IMG/VR virus record: IMGVR_UViG_3300025080_000036
Location: 1 to 54,416 of that record
Reading direction: 5' to 3' (one strand)
Length of the DNA: 54,416 bases
Origin: a virus
Lineage: Duplodnaviria > Caudoviricetes
A program made the translations under genes and the position numbers. The number at the start of each line of letters is the position of its first letter. The stretch's first letter is position 1. A model generated the notes under the pieces. It had not been told where the DNA came from. It did no database searches and saw nothing but the letters and a program-made list of their open reading frames with translations. Below, one piece after another: positions 47,628-54,416 of this stretch.

Positions 47628-47644
47628 GAGGTCGGTGATTTTAT

Positions 47645-47839
47645 ATGGCATATTTTCAACAAGTGGCGCGGGACGCTTCGCCCAAAGGCTACGGTAAACT
47701 CCGTTCAATCACTATCCGTCTCGTTATACAGAACTGCACGGGCGAGGTGTTCTTCACCGACCTTATGTTACAGGCGGGCGCCGTTGCAACGGGCTGGGTC
47801 GGTCACGTCTGCGAGATTAAGTGGACGCTGGACGGATAA
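47645..47839 (+). CDS. Small tail-region protein (64 aa), CBM C-half-like
   Basis: GAGGT RBS; CTGEVFFTDLMLQAG...TGW motif shared with 48637-49206. Confidence 0.7.
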   Translation: MAYFQQVARDASPKGYGKLRSITIRLVIQNCTGEVFFTDLMLQAGAVATGWVGHVCEIKWTLDG

Positions 47840-47856
47840 TCTCACAAAAGTATATT

Positions 47857-47897
47857 TGTCTTATATACATGACATTTAGACTTAAATATGATACAAT
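47857..47897 (+). promoter_or_regulatory. SigA-type promoter and operator of the XRE moron
   Basis: ATGACA (47869-47874), 17 bp, TG-A-TACAAT (47892-47897); TGTC-N10-GACA overlaps the -35 box. Confidence 0.55.
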
Positions 47898-47916
47898 ACT
47901 CTCGGGAGGTGGTTCG

Positions 47917-48129
47917 ATGGGTAAAAATCTACGGATAAAATCAGCACGGGCGGCAAAAGACATGACGCAAAAGGATCTTGCAGATGCTGTCGGAGTCGCT
48001 CGGCAAACAATGAACGCAATCGAAAAAGGCGATTATAACCCTTCGATAAACCTATGCATCGCAATATGCAAGGTTCTGGGAAAAACACTAGACCAACTTT
48101 TCTGGGAGGATGATGGTAATGATGAATAA
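47917..48129 (+). CDS. XRE-family HTH regulator
   Basis: MTQKDLADAVGVARQTMNAIEKGDYNPS; GGAGGT RBS. Confidence 0.92.
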   Translation: MGKNLRIKSARAAKDMTQKDLADAVGVARQTMNAIEKGDYNPSINLCIAICKVLGKTLDQLFWEDDGNDE

Positions 48130-48565
48130 TAAAAATGGGTTAGACGAAATGCAAAGACAACGGCGAAACAGCATAGGCAATCAGATGTTTATGATTATGT
48201 TTTGGGCACTTTTTCTCAATATTGGGCTTTACGGAGCAGGTATAACATGGCTGAAATATCCCACTGATGTAATCATCATCGTGTCAGCGTGTATGTTTGT
48301 TTATCTTGTCAGACTGATTGTTTCAGGTTCCTATTTAGCCGAAAAAGAACAAAAGGGTATAAGCTGGGTAAATCGCCTTACTATGATAATCATGTCGACT
48401 GTTGCAGTTGTAGTGATATCTTTATCTCGTATCTCCGGTACGAATGAACCATGGAGCAATGCTGTTACTATATTTGTGACAGCAGTGGCGGTAGGTTCGA
48501 TAATAGCACTGGTTACGCTTATCGTAAAGAGAGTGCGTAACAAAGACAATGATGATGAACAATAA
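48119..48565 (+). CDS. Four-TM membrane protein (DUF6773-like)
   Basis: LDEMQ N-terminal motif, four hydrophobic segments, AT-rich. Confidence 0.7.
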   Translation: MMNNKNGLDEMQRQRRNSIGNQMFMIMFWALFLNIGLYGAGITWLKYPTDVIIIVSACMFVYLVRLIVSGSYLAEKEQKGISWVNRLTMIIMSTVAVVVISLSRISGTNEPWSNAVTIFVTAVAVGSIIALVTLIVKRVRNKDNDDEQ

Positions 48566-48584
48566 TTTCTGTCACACTCATTGG

Positions 48585-48609
48585 AAAGACCGCCACGGTG
48601 GTCTTTTTT
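48585..48609 (+). terminator. Intrinsic terminator of the XRE moron
   Basis: AAAGACCGC-CACG-GTGGTCTTT followed by TTT. Confidence 0.65.
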
Positions 48610-48636
48610 CTTGCCCGAAAGGAGGTGCAAACGGCA

Positions 48637-49206
48637 ATGATAATCAACAACTTCATCCGCTTTGCAGAGGTAATAAAACTTAAAGAGGAAAAACGAATCG
48701 TGAGCGTAACCCTCCGTACTCTCATCGCCGACTGTACGGGCGAGATTTACTTTACCGACATTCAGCTTCAGGAGGGCGACAAACTGACAGGCTACACACC
48801 GCATACCACTACCATGCTCCGTAATAGCGGTAATGCCCCTCGTTACCAAAACGCCGTGGTACGTGGTGGTGCGACCCTCGTCCTGTTCAATACAGGGGAA
48901 ACCTCGGCGGGGCTCGATTGCTATATCTACCCGAAACAGCCGATGGCGGCGGAAAGTATTGAAGTCTCGCAGGGTATGGGCTCGCATAGGTGCAGATTCA
49001 TTTCGGCGGTGAACTCAGGCGACACGTTGGCGCTCAGGGCTTCCAGCCGTGAGTGCCAACGGAACGGCAGTCCTACGCCCAAAGACGGTTTTTACCAATA
49101 TACCTCCGCTCACGACAGCAAGCATCTTGTTAAATTGGAAGGTGGCAAATCTGCAAGGGTTTACCTCGAATACACAGAAATGATGGAAGGAGAACCACTC
49201 CAATGA
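48637..49206 (+). CDS. Tail-region protein with CBM C-half-like N-terminus
   Basis: AGGAGG RBS; CTGEIYFTDIQLQEG...TGY. Confidence 0.75.
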   Translation: MIINNFIRFAEVIKLKEEKRIVSVTLRTLIADCTGEIYFTDIQLQEGDKLTGYTPHTTTMLRNSGNAPRYQNAVVRGGATLVLFNTGETSAGLDCYIYPKQPMAAESIEVSQGMGSHRCRFISAVNSGDTLALRASSRECQRNGSPTPKDGFYQYTSAHDSKHLVKLEGGKSARVYLEYTEMMEGEPLQ

Positions 49207-51674
49207 GCAGGGATTATCTTAAAGGCAAAAAATGCATGATATGGTCGTTCATGGGCAACACACGTATGCATCAAGCCTTGAACAACTACGGCGACCGCTT
49301 TGAAACTGTCGGCATCTTCACCTTCGAAGTGGACATCAGCGGTACAATCTCTGAAACAGGAACGCCTATATCAGGCATGATGCCGTATATCAACAAATGG
49401 CCGAAGGTGCGGTGGTTTCTTACTGTGATGAACCACGGCACGGCTTCCATTTTTACCGCTCTGCGGAATAACACGAACGGGGCAAAGGCGAAGTTTCTCG
49501 CTGAATTGGTGCGTATTATGCAGAAGTACCCGTGGTGCGCTGGCGTGGACATCGACTTAGAACGTGGCGGCGATTACGATAACAAGGACGCAGCGAACGC
49601 TCTCTTCCGCGATATTTACCAGACTGTCAAGGCGTACAATTCCACCAAACTGGTTAATATCTGTTTGCCTGGGATGACGAGCATCCAAGGCTCGGTGGGC
49701 GGCGAAAACTGGTGCGTATATGCCGACCTCGACGCTTACTGCGACACGGCGGCGATTATGTCCTACGGTATGGCATGGGCAGGCAGCGCGCCGGGACCTG
49801 TTTCGCCGCGCGACTGGCTTGTCGGCGTTTACGACTATGCCGCTAGGGTGATGAATCCGCAAAAAGTCTATATGGGTTTGCCGGGCTACGGTTGGGAGTG
49901 GCAAATTTATGCCAATGCATCCGACCTCGGTAAAACCTATCGCGGCGTATCGCTTACTTACTACGCCGCTAAGATATGGGCGGAGGGTGGCTACAACTTC
50001 ACAGGAAACGCTCCTCCACAGCCGATGATACCGTGGCTTGCCTACTGGGACGATTACGACCAAGTGCCATATATGTTTCCGCAAGTGTACGACTACGCGG
50101 AGGGCAGCGACGCTTCGAGCCGTGAAGCCCCGATAGTCGGAGACAGCTACAACCGCCGCCGATACCTGACCTGCTACGGCAAAACGCAAAAAACGGAGTT
50201 CGGCACAATCTATGTTGACCGAAACGGTGAGCCGGACAGCTATACGGATGGTGTGGTGGTCGGCAACGGCACGATTACGCTCTCATCCGACACGGGGACG
50301 GCTACCTACAATTTCACCGTACCACAGTCAGGTGTTTATGATGTTGCCGTCCGTATCTGCTTTCCGTTCTGGGATAAGAACGGCATCAACATTTCCCTTG
50401 ATGGCTCATCTGCCAGCTTTTCCGAAAGCCGCCTGTGGTGGCCATACTGGAAAAGCACCTTTTGGGCGGTTCTTGCCAAAGAACGCGGCCTGTCGGCGGG
50501 AAGCCACACCATTACCATTGACGGCGGAGTGGCGGGAGCGCAATTCTACGGTTTGCGTATATGCTTATCTTTTTCAGAGCAACCTTCGGCGGGTTCGGCG
50601 ACATTTGCCCTATCGCCACGCAGTTTCAAGGATGTGAACGGCAATATGGCTATTCCCGATAAAGGCTTCAAGCTGACCACCGAAGTTCTGCGGCGAAAGC
50701 CTGACTCAGCTCTGGCATGGTACGAGGACTTCCGCGACCCCATAACACTGCAAAGCACTAATTGGACTACGCTTTCAGGCAATTGGGCTGTCTGGCGCAG
50801 CGACCAGTACGCCACCGGCAGGGTCTATTCACAGCTTGAGGGCAGCGGCCAGCTTGCGTGGAAGTACGACGGCTTCACTGATGTCCACCTTCGGGCGCGG
50901 ATTGCTTTCCCCCACAACGGGAGTGGACGCGCCGGGGTGTTTATCGGCGACATATTCTGCTGTATCAACATCGACTCACAGCGGGTCGAACTCTACCAAG
51001 GCTCGACTTTGCTCGGCAGCTATAGCGCATCCTATTCCAAAACACCCGCCGCCGACATTCGGACGAATCCGAATATGTACCTCATCGAAATGAGGAAGCG
51101 AGGCAATCGCGTCAGGGTCTATTCAGGCAGCAGCAATGTCCTCCGCTTTACGGCGACGATATCAACGGCAAGCGGTTACTGCGGTATCCAGTCGGATGGC
51201 GAAATCAAATGCGAACTGCTACGTTTGGGCGATGCTTGGACGTATGAGCCTTATGAATCTTTTTACGTAACCATGCCTAACGGCACGACTGAAAGCTACG
51301 GTAGGATTGCCCGAAGCAGCGTGACGTGGGACAACGAATTCGAGGTATTCACGCTTACCTCGGATGTGGAGGAAGCCTCTACCCGAAGCGAGGACATCTC
51401 AATGGACTACGACTTTGTGCACTCGGCGATGCTGTACATTCCATGCAACGCCGACTACACGGCAAAATTCACGCCATGCGATATCAACGTCTGGTGTTCG
51501 CGGCTATTCCTCGGCGATGGGGATGGGTTCGGCATTGTCTACTACCAAGACGTGGACAGCATTGTCTACTGGGCAAATGAAGCGGCATACCGATGGGGAC
51601 TCAGGGGTTTTGCCATGTGGTCACTCGGCCAGGAAGACTTGCGGCTTTGGGACGCTCTCCCGAAACAAATTTGA
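49203..51674 (+). CDS. Glycoside hydrolase family 18 protein with large inserted beta-rich domains
   Basis: GVDIDLE (DxDxE), IMSYG, PGPVSP, MGLPGYG; terminal GLRGFAMWSLGQED closes the barrel. Confidence 0.85.
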   Translation: MSRDYLKGKKCMIWSFMGNTRMHQALNNYGDRFETVGIFTFEVDISGTISETGTPISGMMPYINKWPKVRWFLTVMNHGTASIFTALRNNTNGAKAKFLAELVRIMQKYPWCAGVDIDLERGGDYDNKDAANALFRDIYQTVKAYNSTKLVNICLPGMTSIQGSVGGENWCVYADLDAYCDTAAIMSYGMAWAGSAPGPVSPRDWLVGVYDYAARVMNPQKVYMGLPGYGWEWQIYANASDLGKTYRGVSLTYYAAKIWAEGGYNFTGNAPPQPMIPWLAYWDDYDQVPYMFPQVYDYAEGSDASSREAPIVGDSYNRRRYLTCYGKTQKTEFGTIYVDRNGEPDSYTDGVVVGNGTITLSSDTGTATYNFTVPQSGVYDVAVRICFPFWDKNGINISLDGSSASFSESRLWWPYWKSTFWAVLAKERGLSAGSHTITIDGGVAGAQFYGLRICLSFSEQPSAGSATFALSPRSFKDVNGNMAIPDKGFKLTTEVLRRKPDSALAWYEDFRDPITLQSTNWTTLSGNWAVWRSDQYATGRVYSQLEGSGQLAWKYDGFTDVHLRARIAFPHNGSGRAGVFIGDIFCCINIDSQRVELYQGSTLLGSYSASYSKTPAADIRTNPNMYLIEMRKRGNRVRVYSGSSNVLRFTATISTASGYCGIQSDGEIKCELLRLGDAWTYEPYESFYVTMPNGTTESYGRIARSSVTWDNEFEVFTLTSDVEEASTRSEDISMDYDFVHSAMLYIPCNADYTAKFTPCDINVWCSRLFLGDGDGFGIVYYQDVDSIVYWANEAAYRWGLRGFAMWSLGQEDLRLWDALPKQI

Positions 51675-51690
51675 AGTGTAATCGACATTC

Positions 51691-51718
51691 GCGCCTGCCT
51701 ATCTTGGCAGGCGTTTTA
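51691..51718 (+). terminator. Intrinsic terminator-like hairpin before the holin
   Basis: CGCCTGCC-TATCTT-GGCAGGCG followed by TTTTA. Confidence 0.55.
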
Positions 51719-51746
51719 TATGCGAAAAACAGGAGGTAAAACGAAA

Positions 51747-52157
51747 ATGAAAGAAATTTGGAATTGGATTCAGGTTGCGTTTGCAGCCACCGGCGGGACG
51801 CTGGGCTGGTATTTGGGTGGACTGGACGGCTTCCTCTACACACTCATCGCCTTTGTGGTCGTTGACTACATCACAGGCGTACTTCGGGCAATTGTGGAAA
51901 AGAAGCTGTCCAGCCAAATCGGAGCGAACGGCATCGCCAAGAAGGTGGTGCTGTTCCTTGTGGTCGGCATCGGGCATCTGATTGACACTTATCTGCTCGG
52001 AGGCACAGGCGCACCGCTTCGCACAGCAGTCATCTTCTTCTATATCGCCAATGAGGGCGTATCACTTTTGGAAAATGCAACAGCAATCGGGCTGCCAGTA
52101 CCTGAAAAACTAAAAGATACACTCGCCGGGCTGCATGGAAAGGATGAACAGAAATGA
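51747..52157 (+). CDS. Phage holin (family 4 / toxin-secretion type)
   Basis: LGGLDG, DYITG, LSSQIG...GIAKK, FYIANEGVSLLEN...GLPVP. Confidence 0.92.
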   Translation: MKEIWNWIQVAFAATGGTLGWYLGGLDGFLYTLIAFVVVDYITGVLRAIVEKKLSSQIGANGIAKKVVLFLVVGIGHLIDTYLLGGTGAPLRTAVIFFYIANEGVSLLENATAIGLPVPEKLKDTLAGLHGKDEQK

Positions 52158-52891
52158 ACCTGCGGAAACTGATATTCACGAATAACGCCTGTTATAAAGC
52201 GGGCAGAACCATCACTGTAAAGGGAATTATGGTTCACTCCACCGGCGCAAACAATCCCAACCTGCGCCGCTATGTAGGACCCGACGATGGACTGCTCGGT
52301 AAAAACCAGTACAACAACCATTGGAATCAAGATAAACCAGACGGGCGGCAGGTTTGTGTCCACGGCTTCATCGGGAAACTGGCTGATGGCACCATTGCCA
52401 CTTATCAGACTCTGCCGTGGAATCATCGCGGCTGGCACGGTGGCTCCGGTACAAAAGGCTCGGTCAATAACACCCACATCGGGTTTGAAATCTGCGAGGA
52501 CGGGTTAACCGATGCCGCCTACTTTAACGCCGTCTACAAGGAAGCCGCTGAACTGTGCGCGTATCTCTGCAAGGAGTACAAACTTGATCCGATGGCTGAT
52601 GACGTTATCATCGGGCATTTCGAGGGGCATAGGCGCGGTATCGCCAGTAACCATGCCGACCCCGGACACTGGTTTTCGAAACACGGCAAGTCGATGGATA
52701 CTTTCCGCACCGAGGTCAAGAGGTTACTTGTGGCAACTGAAGTGCCGAAACCTCCCGCACCCACTCCGTCCGAGCCGAAAAAACTGTACCGCGTGCAAGT
52801 CGGGGCTTACTCAGTAAAGGCGAATGCCGATGCCATGCTCACAAAGGTCAAGGCGGCGGGGTTTAATGATGCTTTTATCAAAACCGAATGA
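52154..52891 (+). CDS. Endolysin: N-acetylmuramoyl-L-alanine amidase + SPOR domain
   Basis: IMVHSTG, GWHGG, IGFEICE, IIGH, HADPG; LYRVQVGAYSVKANA. Confidence 0.92.
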   Translation: MNLRKLIFTNNACYKAGRTITVKGIMVHSTGANNPNLRRYVGPDDGLLGKNQYNNHWNQDKPDGRQVCVHGFIGKLADGTIATYQTLPWNHRGWHGGSGTKGSVNNTHIGFEICEDGLTDAAYFNAVYKEAAELCAYLCKEYKLDPMADDVIIGHFEGHRRGIASNHADPGHWFSKHGKSMDTFRTEVKRLLVATEVPKPPAPTPSEPKKLYRVQVGAYSVKANADAMLTKVKAAGFNDAFIKTE

Positions 52892-52902
52892 ACCGCTTAC
52901 GG

Positions 52903-52947
52903 CGGTACGCAAACGCCCCTCTCCTGTCTGTAGACGGTAGAGGGGCG
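52903..52947 (+). promoter_or_regulatory. Repeated bipartite/hairpin motif, copy 3
   Basis: CGGTACGCAA-N9-TCCTGTCTGTAGACGGTAGAGGGG; stem CGCCCCTCT/AGAGGGGCG followed by CTTTTT. Confidence 0.75.
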
Positions 52948-52981
52948 CTTTTTATTTCCCCTCCGAAACGGAGGAAAACAT

Positions 52982-53383
52982 ATGACTACTGCTCAGAAAC
53001 AACGAATTGAATACTTACGCGGCAAAGGTGAGAGCTACGCCGCTATCGCCGACGATCTCAGCATATCCGAAAACACCGTTAAGTCCTACTGCCGCCGAAA
53101 TAACATCGGCGTTGCGATAAAGCAAGAACAACCCGTAGCCACTAACACCTGTGCCAACTGCGGCCGTCCCCTTGAACACACGCCGGGGTCGAAGCGGAAA
53201 CGCTTCTGCTCCGACAAATGCCGTATGATGTGGTGGAAGGCTCACCCCGAAGCAGTAAACCGCAAGGCAGTCTACCGTTTCGCCTGCCCGGCCTGCGGTA
53301 CGGAATTTGAAGCCTACGGGAACACGCGTCGCAAATACTGCTCGCGGTCTTGCTTCGGGGCGATGCGGAGGGCTTCGCTATGA
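52982..53383 (+). CDS. HTH + double zinc-ribbon protein
   Basis: GESYAAIADDLSISENTVKSYCRR; CANCG...FCSDKC; CPACG...YCSRSC. Confidence 0.8.
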   Translation: MTTAQKQRIEYLRGKGESYAAIADDLSISENTVKSYCRRNNIGVAIKQEQPVATNTCANCGRPLEHTPGSKRKRFCSDKCRMMWWKAHPEAVNRKAVYRFACPACGTEFEAYGNTRRKYCSRSCFGAMRRASL

Positions 53384-53613
53384 ACAAGGAAGAAGCAATC
53401 CTCCGCTACAAGTCAGCGATGGCAGTGTTCAAAAACTGGCTCTCCGAGGGTGTGATTTCCGACGACGACCTGCTGGCAATAGACACAATGCTCGCCCAAA
53501 AGTACGGTTTATCCTCGTGCAGTATATTCCTCGAAAATGACTTGCTATGTAAGGAAAAAAGAGTGATATATGGTAGTGCGAAAGGAGGCCATTATGGGCA
53601 GAAAGATAACTAA
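53380..53613 (+). CDS. Small SHOCT-like protein preceding the recombinase
   Basis: ATGA overlap; WLSEGVISDDDLLAIDTMLAQKY pattern. Confidence 0.65.
   Translation: MNKEEAILRYKSAMAVFKNWLSEGVISDDDLLAIDTMLAQKYGLSSCSIFLENDLLCKEKRVIYGSAKGGHYGQKDN
53541..53572 (+). promoter_or_regulatory. Second repeated promoter-like motif, copy B
   Basis: CTTGCT-N13-AGAGTGATATATG, 21 nt before the recombinase ATG. Confidence 0.6.
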
Positions 53614-54416
53614 ACTACCACGGACGGCGCAGTTGCTGCCGTCACGACAACGGGTCGCGGCGTATGCCCGCGTTTCCTGCGGTAAAGACGAAATGCTCCA
53701 CTCCCTTGCCGCTCAGATCAGCCATTACTCAAATCTGATACAAAGCAAGCCGGAATGGGAGTATGTCGGCGTATATACCGACGAAGCGGAAACCGGCACG
53801 AAGGGCAGCAGGCCGGAATTTCAGCGGCTGATTGCCGACTGTCGGGCGGGGCGTATCGACCTCGTCCTCACAAAGTCAATCAGCCGCTTTGCAAGAAATA
53901 CCGTGACCTTGCTCGAAATCGTCCGAGAACTCAAAGACCTCGGCGTCGGCGTATATTTCGAGGAGCAGAACCTGCACTCACTTTCGGGAGATGGAGAGTT
54001 GATGCTCACCATCCTCGCCTCGTATGCACAGGAAGAAAGCCGCTCGGTCAGCGAAAACCGCAAGTGGCGTATCCGCAAGGACTTCAAGGAAGGCAGGCCC
54101 GCGGGCAATATCCGCATTTACGGGTTCGACTACAAGGACGGCAAACTGACCGTCATTCCGGAGGAAGCCGAGGTCGTGCGGATGATATTTGCCGACTACC
54201 TTTCGGGGCTTGGCAAGAACGCCATTATGAAGAAGCTGGTCAGGCTCGGAGTCCCCACCAAGTGCGGTGGTCGGTGGTCGGAAAGTACAGTCGGTTCAAT
54301 TCTCAAGAACGAAAAATTCATCGGTGACACGTGCTTACAAAAAGGCTTTATCGCCGACCACCTTAGCAAGCAATGGAAACCAAACAGCGGCGAGCTGCCG
54401 AAATACTATGTCGAGG
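53594..54416 (+). CDS. Large serine recombinase (5' part; runs off the window)
   Basis: Not in the ORF track. AAAGGAGG RBS, ATG 53594; translates RVAAYARVS...SLAAQ...RPEFQRLIADC...TKSISRFARN...AQEESRSVSEN. Confidence 0.93.
   Translation, partial: MGRKITKLPRTAQLLPSRQRVAAYARVSCGKDEMLHSLAAQISHYSNLIQSKPEWEYVGVYTDEAETGTKGSRPEFQRLIADCRAGRIDLVLTKSISRFARNTVTLLEIVRELKDLGVGVYFEEQNLHSLSGDGELMLTILASYAQEESRSVSENRKWRIRKDFKEGRPAGNIRIYGFDYKDGKLTVIPEEAEVVRMIFADYLSGLGKNAIMKKLVRLGVPTKCGGRWSESTVGSILKNEKFIGDTCLQKGFIADHLSKQWKPNSGELPKYYVE

Larger units (their letters stand above)
15206..54416 (+). mobile_element. Temperate siphovirus-type prophage (right end beyond the window; the left defence cluster is probably cargo of the same element)
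   Basis: Collinear replication, packaging, HK97 head, non-contractile tail, lysis and serine-recombinase modules. Confidence 0.93.

Noticed and set aside
47625-47647. Stop-codon read-through joining the tail spike to the 64-aa ORF
   Set aside because: The ORFs are separated by 17 nt and out of frame, and the small ORF has its own RBS.
45108-51674. Diversity-generating retroelement acting on tail genes
   Set aside because: No reverse transcriptase in the window and no template/variable repeat pair differing at adenines was seen; the two paralogous segments are too diverged.
53755-54327. 190-aa + strand ORF in the track
   Set aside because: Alternative frame of the serine recombinase that starts at 53594 and has no stop inside the window.
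1-54416. tRNA, rRNA, IS transposase or self-splicing intron
   Set aside because: None recognised by eye; a tRNAscan/Rfam/ISfinder run would be needed to exclude small or divergent ones.

Overview
The window holds a nearly complete temperate siphovirus-type prophage of the Bacillota/Clostridia kind (+ strand, about 15.2 kb to the right edge). Its order is: sigma-region-4 regulator, DUF2800/DUF2815-like genes, family A DNA polymerase, antirepressor, VapE-like primase, SNF2 helicase, late regulator, HNH/terminase, two phage methyltransferases, HK97-type head, non-contractile tail with a -1 frameshift chaperone, GH18 tail-region hydrolase, holin/amidase, and a large serine recombinase running off the edge. 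Divergent from it (236-14982, all - strand) is a 15 kb defence cluster. It contains an ABC three-component (Lamassu-related) system, an HTH-led C5-methyltransferase/MORC-type GHKL ATPase/Mrr-like nuclease-helicase operon with decayed vsr and first-MTase genes, and Gabija. The most unusual signals are: (i) the ABC-3C effector subunit shows no recognisable catalytic domain and occupies the repressor position, behind four helically phased 10-bp repeats; (ii) a fixed-spacing bipartite motif with a hairpin occurs three times, ahead of the replication, antirepressor/primase and excision genes; (iii) a second repeated promoter-like motif; (iv) a switch-like structured leader in front of the sigma-like gene; (v) an uncharacterised two-gene antisense moron; (vi) a tail carbohydrate-binding-like domain apparently split with two alternative C-halves. 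All family names come from motif recognition by eye, not from database searches.
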